From positions 1 to 53,985 of the forward strand of contig NIVC01000674.1 of NCBI GenBank assembly GCA_002269645.1: a DNA stretch of 53,985 nucleotides, in the 5' to 3' direction. Positions within the stretch are counted from its first letter, which is position 1. The number at the start of each line of letters is the position of its first letter. Below the pieces are notes generated by a model that was given only the letters and a program-made list of their open reading frames with translations, searched no databases and had not been told where the DNA came from. The stretch is from Macrostomum lignano (taxonomy: Eukaryota). A program made the position numbers and the translations under genes. Positions 48,001 through 53,985 of the stretch are shown here, piece by piece.

Positions 48001-49198
48001 TCACATGTACGCCAGCCAACCGATGTACATCCGTGACAGCCGCTCCACGCTGCAGGCCTCCCGCACCAGGAAGTCAACCTGGCCGGGCACGGACAGCGAG
48101 GCCTGGGTGAACTCCTGGCCGGAGGCGCGCAGCTCCTGGTGCGGCAGCAGGTCGCGCGAGTGCATGACCCCGCCAGGCGCTCCTCGATTCGGCGCAGCTT
48201 CTCGATGGCGCGGCGCTCCGCGCTGGAGGCGTCCGAAGCGCCGGAGCCGCAGGCGCCATGCGCCGCTCCGGCGCCACCAGCCGCTGCGGCCGGCGGACCG
48301 TCCAGACAGGAGACGTCGGCGGCGAAGTTCTGATGGCGCGGCTTCATCCAATCGACGATTGGGTCGAAGGCCAGCGGGCGAAGGACGGCCACCAGAGGCC
48401 GGGCCTCGCGCCGCATGAGGCTCAGGGTCGACTCGCAGGCTCGCCTGAAGACGCCCTCGACTCCAGTGGCGCCCATCGCGTCAATCATGTTGTGCGTCAA
48501 TCGGAACGGGACCACTTCCGGTACCGGAAATAGCAGGCCCTGCGGTGGGTGCGGGTGCATAGAGGTACTTTAAAAGTACACCTAGTAAAAGTACATCTAG
48601 TGAAAGTACATCTAGTGAAAGTACATCTAGTGAAAGTACATCTAGTGAAAGTACATCTAGCGAAAGTACATCTAGTAAAAGTACACAGTTAGCCACCTGA
48701 TTAAACAAGCAGTTGAAGTCGCAGTGCACCAGATGCCCGCTGGTGGAGTCCAGCAGCAAATTCTCGCAGTGCCGATCGCCCAGCCCCATGACGTAGCCAA
48801 TGATGCTCATGACCGCGGCGGACCTGGCGTAGGTCATGCGAGCCCGCAGCCAGGACCCGGGGTCCGGGAAGGCGGCCAGGAACCACTCGGAGAACACCGG
48901 CTTGTAATTGGTGTCCCTGAACTCCGCGAACAGGGCCGCCCGAGCCTGCGCGGTGATTGACGGGTCCTGGAACTTCTTGTAGGCGGCGTGGATGGCCTCC
49001 ACCGGCAGGCCAGCGCCCTTCTCAGCGTAGAGCTTCTCAAGGAGTCGGCGATAGGCCTCGGTGTGCGGCACCCACTCGATGAGGCCGCTCTGCTCAGACA
49101 GCGGCACCACGGCGTAGGTGCGAATTCGGAGCTGCTTATTGGCGGACTCCGGGTCTTTGAGCAGAGCCCGGTTCAGGAAATTGCACAGCTCGACAAAG
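48001..49198 (-). CDS. ATR: ATR serine/threonine kinase, last two exons (PI3K-like kinase domain and FATC): 49198-48697 and 48539-48001; frameshift at 48168-48171
   Basis: LLKDPES..LRIRTYAVVPL..GLIEWV, EWFL..FPDPGSW..R..YARSAAVMSIIGYVMGLGDRHCENLLLD, HCDFNCLFNQ|GLLFPVPEVVPFRLTHNM, EGVFRRACE, FATC LSVPGQVDFLVREA...RMYIGWLAYM* match ATR; one extra G restores RLAGVMHSRD. Upstream exons lie beyond the LTR element. Confidence 0.93.
48570..48685. repeat. Intronic 15 bp tandem repeat AAAGTACATCTAGTG x7
   Basis: Fills most of the 157-bp ATR intron. Confidence 0.92.
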
Positions 49199-49576
49199 CT
49201 GGGAAGGGATTAGGGATTATTGTATGAGAGCCTTGGAATATTGCAATATCCATTTCTTGCTATCAGGCACTGATAAATAGGGGGGGGGGCAAACTTATGG
49301 CAGCCGAAAGTTAGTCAATTTTAAAACCCATTTTTCCACATCTAGCCAGATAAGGGAAGGAAAGAGAGGCGGAGGTTGGGGTGGCTGTCTCGATGACAAA
49401 AGCAGACTAACTTGAAAAGTGCACAGCTTTGGTCATGGCTGCGGGCCAGATGAGAGGGGAACTTAAAGGGGATAGAGGGAAAAGGTGATAAAACATGAGA
49501 TGAGAGAGAACAAAAGAGAGAGTTCAAGGGAGAGAGTAAAGAAAGAATAGAGGAGAGGAGAGAAGACGAGAGGAGA

Positions 49577-49795
49577 TGTGATAGCTTGGCCTGCGTGCGC
49601 GCTGGGGGCGGGGCTAGGTTGGGTTGTTTTGCTCTCTCTCTCTCTCTCTCGCTGCATGTACTTGCTAGCGCGGGTTGGGGGGTGCGGTGGGTATGCCGAT
49701 CGATAACAAATAGTTAATATAAAGCAGGCTTTTTAGCCGGTAAAGTTTTTCGTGCTTTTGAGCTAAAATAAAGTTTTGTCTTGACTTTATTTCGC
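49577..49795 (+). repeat. 5' LTR (~219 bp) with TATAAA (49718-49723) and AATAAA (49767-49772)
   Basis: Direct repeat of 53823-53985; TG start; ends at the PBS without a canonical CA. Confidence 0.85.
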
Positions 49796-49810
49796 TGGCG
49801 ACGAGGATGG
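49796..49810 (+). promoter_or_regulatory. Primer-binding site for tRNA-Ser(GCU), overlapping the gag ATG
   Basis: TGGCGACGAGGATGG is the reverse complement of the eukaryotic tRNA-Ser(GCU) 3' end CCAUCCUCGUCG-CCA. Confidence 0.85.
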
Positions 49811-52800
49811 CCACTGGGCCACTGTGTAGCATAGGGCCGTTTGAGCCTGAGACGGAGGACTGGTCGCAATACAAGGAGCGCATCGAACAAGTGTTCATTG
49901 CAAACGAAATCGAAAGCGAAGAGAAGAAGCGAGCGGTATTCCTCAGCGTGTGCGGCAAGGACACCTATAGGCTTGTCACCAGTCTTCTGGCCCCAGTTAA
50001 GCCTTCAGAGGCTTCCTTCGCTAACATCTGCGAAAAGCTTGACGATCACTGGGACCCAAAGCCGTCAGAGATCGTGCAAAGGTTCCACTTCTACCAGCGC
50101 GTTCGAGAGAGCTCGGAGTCCGTGGCCGACTTCCTGGCGGCACTGCGGCGTTTGGCTGTCCACTGCAACTTCGGTAACAGTTTGAGCACCATGCTGAGAG
50201 ATCGTCTGGTGCTTGGCATCCAGGATGATCGCATACAGCGCAGACTCCTGTCCGAGACAGAGTTGGACCTGGACAGAGCACTGGCGATCTCCCAGGCGGT
50301 GGAGCTGGCAACCAAGGGCTGCAACTTGGTCAAGGGCTCGTCCTCAGGAACCCCGCAAACCGCCTCGGCAGCATCGGTAGACCAAGTCGGCCAGACCACT
50401 GCGGTAGCGACTCAGCGACCTGCAAAAAGGTGCTACAGGTGTCTGTCAGCGAAACACCTGGCGGCGAAGTGCCCATTCATGAAGAAGGCCTGTTTCAAGT
50501 GCGGCAAGATGGGGCACACCGCTGCAGCCTGTCGAGGAGGCTCGGATTCGGCTGGAGCTGAGCCGCGGTCGCAAGTCGCCGCTGTGGAGGAGGAAAGCCA
50601 AGACTGCGGCTCCCTGAACACCTTGCCCAGTGCAGCTGCCAAGGTACCGCCGTACATCACCACAGTCCTGCTCAACGGAGTGTCCTGCCAGATGGAGATC
50701 GACACGGGCGCGGCGGTATCGCTGATATCGGCTAGAGCCTATCACGACCTGCTGGGCGGGGCTCCTGAGCTCGAGCGGACCCCGATTCGACTGCGGAACT
50801 ACTGCGGACAGCCGGTCAGTGTACTCGGTCAGATCAGCGTGTCTGCAGAGTTTCCAGGTAAAGCCAAGCAGCTTCTTCCTCTTCTAGTGGTATCTGGATC
50901 CGGGTCCAGCCTCATCGGTAGGAACTGGCTGGCTGTACTGCCGTTGAATTGGGGGAGCGTCAAGCAGCTGCACGAAGCGTCGGCTCCAAAGGATCAGCAA
51001 GTGCAGAAGTTGCTAGAGAGGTTCAGCTCCGTTTTCTCGAGTGGCCTCGGCTGCTACACGGGTGAACCTCTGAAACTGCGAGTGAAGCCCGGGGCGCGAC
51101 CCAAGTTCATGAAGGCGCGGCAGGTACCTTTCGCTTTGAAGTCCAAAGTGGAAGAGCAGCTCGAGCGGGAGATCCAGCAGGGCATTCTGCGGCCGGTCTC
51201 CGATTCGGAGTATGCGTCCCCAATCGTGCCGGTACTGAAGTCGGACGGCTCCGTCAGAATCTGCGCAGATTTCAAGTGCACAGTAAACCAGGACGTGGAG
51301 ATGGACTGCTACCCGCTGCCAAGGATTGAGGAGTTGTTCGCCAAGCTCACCGGCGGCCAAAAGTTCACCAAGCTGGACCTCAGCCAGGCATACATGCAGC
51401 TTCCGCTCGACGAAGAGTCTCAGCGCTTGTGCACCATCAACACCTCGAAGGGTTTGCTGAGGTATACAAGGCTACCGTTTGGAATCTCACCAGCAGTTGG
51501 AATCTTCCAGAGAACCATGGACGGCCTGCTGCATGGTGCACAGCATACGGCAACCTTTATTGATGACGTGTTGGTGACCGGCGCCGATGACGCTGAGCAC
51601 CTCGAGAATCTGGAGACCGTCCTGCAGCGCCTGAAGGATGCCGGGCTGAAGTGCCGGCTTGACAAATGCCGCTTCATGGAGAATTCGGTGACTTATTTGG
51701 GGCATCGGATTGACGCCCAGGGCCTACATCCGATGAGTGACAAGGTCAACGCGATCGTTGACGCGCCGATGCCAAAGGACGTCACGCAGTTGCGCAGTTT
51801 CTTGGGCCTCCTCAACTATTACGGCCGGTTTCTGCCGAACCTGTCCAGCGTTCTGGCTCCTCTGCACCGGCTTCTCGAGAAAGGAACTGTCTGGCGATGG
51901 GGCGAAGCGCAGTCCGATGCTTTCCGGCGCAGCAAGGAGCTGCTATTGAGCTCGCAGGCGCTTGTCCATTTCGACGTCAAAAAGGAGGTGATTCTGGAGT
52001 GTGATAGTTCGCCATACGGGGTCGGGGCCGTCATCTGCCACCGGATTGATGGCCTTGAAAGGCCGATTGCCTTCGCGTCCCGATCGCTCGCCGACGCCGA
52101 GAGGAACTATTCGCAGACAGAGAAGGAAGCCCTGGCGATCATTTTTGGGATCAAGCACTTCCACGCCTACCTCTATGGCAAAACCTTTGAGCTCAAGAGC
52201 GACCACAAGCCGCTACTGGGCCTGCTACACGAGAGCAAGGCCATTCCACCACTGGCTTCGGCTAGGATCCAGCGTTGGGCTCTGCTGCTTTCGAACTACT
52301 CGTATCGACTGCAGTATCGCAAGGGAACTTCGCTACTGCGGGCTGACGCTCTGAGTCGGCTGCCGCTGCCGACGAAGTCAGTGGAGACGCCGTCACCAGC
52401 TGAGGTAGTGCTGCTCATCGATGCGTTCAATGAGGGACCCGTGACGGCTGCTCAAGTTCGCGGCTGGACAAGAAAGGACCCGCTGCTCAGTCGAGTGCTG
52501 CGGCTCGTGCAAGGTGGATGGCCGGAGCGTCCTCGGCTGGATGCGGAACTGCAGCCGTACGCAGTTAGGGCGGCAGAGCTGAGCTTGGAGGACGGCTGCC
52601 TGCTGTGGGGCAACCGTGTGATTGTGCCGGTTCAGGGTCGACAAGCACTGCTCGATTGTCTACATCAGAGCCACCAAGGAGCTTCTAGGATGAAGTCTCT
52701 GGCCCGAGGATATTTCTGGTGGCCGGGATTGGACCGGGACATCGAGAAGCTGTCGCAGAACTGCGGCGAGTGCCAGCGTCATCAGAACTGCCCGCCGCCA

Positions 52801-53709
52801 GCCCTCCTGCAGCCGTGGCCGTGGCCGGACAAGCCGTGGTCCCGGATCCACCTGGACTACGCTGGACCAGTCGAGGGAAAAATGCTGTTAGTACTGGTGG
52901 ACGCTCATTCGAAATGGATTGAAGTCCACATTTGCCAGTCCGCCACCAGTGCTGCCACCATCGATCGGCTAAGAAGGACTTTCAGTCAGCTGGGACTGCC
53001 TGAGGTCGTAGTGAGCGACAACGGTCCGAATTTCGTGAGCCAAGAGATGAGCAACTTCTTGGCCAGTAACGGCATCCGGCATATCAAAGTGGCTCCATAT
53101 CATCCATCGTCCAACGGATTGGCCGAGCGAGCGGTCCAGACGGTGAAGGCGGCCCTGGCGAAGGGGCGGCCGGCGTCCCTGCAGTTTCGGCTAGCTCGTT
53201 TCCTGCTGACCTACCGGGTCACTCCACACAGCACAACTGGTGCTCCACCCTGCCAGCTGATGATGGGCAGGCAGCTGCGGACGCTTCTAGACATTGTGCG
53301 GCCCGATGTCTCGGCTACAGTCAGGCGCAGCCAGGACTCGCAAAAGGAGTACCACGACCTGCGAGCCAGGGATCGCAACTTCGAAGAAGGCGACGGTGTC
53401 CTGGTGCGCGACTTCAACGGTCCGGAGAAGTGGGCGCCGGCCTCCGTGAGTCGCCAGACCGGGCCGCTGTCCTACGAGTGCCGCCTGCCCGACGAGCGCA
53501 TCGTGCGGCGGCATGCCGACCACCTGGTGCCGGCGACAATCTCACCTGAGCAAGCTGCGGGATCGGCTCAGTCAGGTGGGGCGGCGCCACAGCTTCTGAC
53601 TCCGTCAGTGACAACGTCTGAAGCGCCACCGCCGTCGCTGCCGCCGCCGCCGCTGCCGCCCCCGATGCTGCGGCGTTCGGAGAGGACTACAAGGGCACCG
53701 GTCGACTGA
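49807..53709 (+). CDS. Gag-Pol polyprotein (1300 aa): Gag with two CCHC knuckles, protease, RT, RNase H, integrase
   Basis: CYRCLSAKHLAAKC and CFKCGKMGHTAAAC; IDTGA; VRICADFK..KLDLSQAY..YTRLPFG..FIDD; CDSSPYGVGAV..EKEALA..SDHKPL..ADALSR; HQSH..CGEC, HLDYAGP..VSDNG..SNGLAER; no stops or frameshifts. Confidence 0.97.
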   Translation: MATGPLCSIGPFEPETEDWSQYKERIEQVFIANEIESEEKKRAVFLSVCGKDTYRLVTSLLAPVKPSEASFANICEKLDDHWDPKPSEIVQRFHFYQRVRESSESVADFLAALRRLAVHCNFGNSLSTMLRDRLVLGIQDDRIQRRLLSETELDLDRALAISQAVELATKGCNLVKGSSSGTPQTASAASVDQVGQTTAVATQRPAKRCYRCLSAKHLAAKCPFMKKACFKCGKMGHTAAACRGGSDSAGAEPRSQVAAVEEESQDCGSLNTLPSAAAKVPPYITTVLLNGVSCQMEIDTGAAVSLISARAYHDLLGGAPELERTPIRLRNYCGQPVSVLGQISVSAEFPGKAKQLLPLLVVSGSGSSLIGRNWLAVLPLNWGSVKQLHEASAPKDQQVQKLLERFSSVFSSGLGCYTGEPLKLRVKPGARPKFMKARQVPFALKSKVEEQLEREIQQGILRPVSDSEYASPIVPVLKSDGSVRICADFKCTVNQDVEMDCYPLPRIEELFAKLTGGQKFTKLDLSQAYMQLPLDEESQRLCTINTSKGLLRYTRLPFGISPAVGIFQRTMDGLLHGAQHTATFIDDVLVTGADDAEHLENLETVLQRLKDAGLKCRLDKCRFMENSVTYLGHRIDAQGLHPMSDKVNAIVDAPMPKDVTQLRSFLGLLNYYGRFLPNLSSVLAPLHRLLEKGTVWRWGEAQSDAFRRSKELLLSSQALVHFDVKKEVILECDSSPYGVGAVICHRIDGLERPIAFASRSLADAERNYSQTEKEALAIIFGIKHFHAYLYGKTFELKSDHKPLLGLLHESKAIPPLASARIQRWALLLSNYSYRLQYRKGTSLLRADALSRLPLPTKSVETPSPAEVVLLIDAFNEGPVTAAQVRGWTRKDPLLSRVLRLVQGGWPERPRLDAELQPYAVRAAELSLEDGCLLWGNRVIVPVQGRQALLDCLHQSHQGASRMKSLARGYFWWPGLDRDIEKLSQNCGECQRHQNCPPPALLQPWPWPDKPWSRIHLDYAGPVEGKMLLVLVDAHSKWIEVHICQSATSAATIDRLRRTFSQLGLPEVVVSDNGPNFVSQEMSNFLASNGIRHIKVAPYHPSSNGLAERAVQTVKAALAKGRPASLQFRLARFLLTYRVTPHSTTGAPPCQLMMGRQLRTLLDIVRPDVSATVRRSQDSQKEYHDLRARDRNFEEGDGVLVRDFNGPEKWAPASVSRQTGPLSYECRLPDERIVRRHADHLVPATISPEQAAGSAQSGGAAPQLLTPSVTTSEAPPPSLPPPPLPPPMLRRSERTTRAPVD

Positions 53710-53822
53710 CCTACGAGTGAACTTGATCTGACAGTGACTGACAGTTTTTTTTGGGTGTTGGGTTTTTTTTTTCTTTTTTTTGTTGTTGCAAGTTCTGTTG
53801 CTTTTGTCTTGGCATGGAGGGA

Positions 53823-53985
53823 TGTGATAGCTTGGCCTGCGTGCGCGCTGGGGGCGGGGCTAGGTTGGTTGTTTTGCTCTCTCTCTCTCTCTCTCGCTGC
53901 ATGTACTTGCTAGCGCGGGTTGGGGGGTGCGGTGGGTATGCCGATCGATAACAAATAGTTAATATAAAGCAGGCTTTTTAGCCGT
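53823..53985 (+). repeat. 3' LTR (partial)
   Basis: Near-identical to 49577-49739. Confidence 0.92.

Larger units (their letters stand above)
49577..53985 (+). mobile_element. Ty3/Gypsy LTR retrotransposon, Mag-like, apparently intact, inserted antisense in an ATR intron; 3' LTR cut by window end
   Basis: LTRs begin TGTGATAGC at 49577 and 53823; the shared ~160 bp differ only by run-length indels; PBS at 49796; single gag-pol ORF; purine tract GGAGGGA before the 3' LTR. Confidence 0.96.

Noticed and set aside
48168-48171. Programmed ribosomal frameshifting in ATR or TDP-43
   Set aside because: There is no slippery heptamer with a downstream structure; the shared homopolymer-shortfall pattern is better explained by sequencing error.
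51556-51570. FIDD instead of YxDD in the RT as a sign of inactivation
   Set aside because: FIDD-type motifs are common in functional Ty3/Gypsy RTs, and both catalytic Asp are intact.

Overview
Eukaryotic (metazoan) genomic DNA, not prokaryotic. A free-living flatworm such as Macrostomum is likely; this is inferred from a double-alpha-crystallin sHSP, GC-rich exons and introns packed with simple repeats. Nine host genes can be reconstructed from GT-AG splice sites with consistent phases: the last exon of a TDP-43 homolog (+), an NR2C/TR2-TR4 nuclear receptor (+), an intronless secreted PAN-like/LamG-like protein with an in-frame TGA (-), EXOC3/Sec6 (+), an orphan protein with a degenerate KH-like fold (+), a two-domain small heat-shock protein (-), ERI3 exonuclease (+), a compact lipin (-) and the 3' end of ATR kinase (-). 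Mobile DNA comprises an apparently intact Mag-type Ty3/Gypsy LTR retrotransposon, a truncated Penelope-like element with an inverted terminal hairpin and degenerate hammerhead ribozyme, two copies plus a relic of a ~0.7 kb foldback element (8-bp TSD), a 164-bp hAT-like MITE and a tRNA-derived SINE. About 25 tandem arrays, nearly all with their own unit, fill most introns and gene 3' flanks; several share a GAGAATCGC core. Codon GC3 switches abruptly inside EXOC3 and ERI3. Single-base shortfalls in homopolymers (TDP-43, ATR, possibly lipin) look like long-read assembly errors. Protein assignments come from recognised motifs and remembered ortholog sequences; no database search was run.
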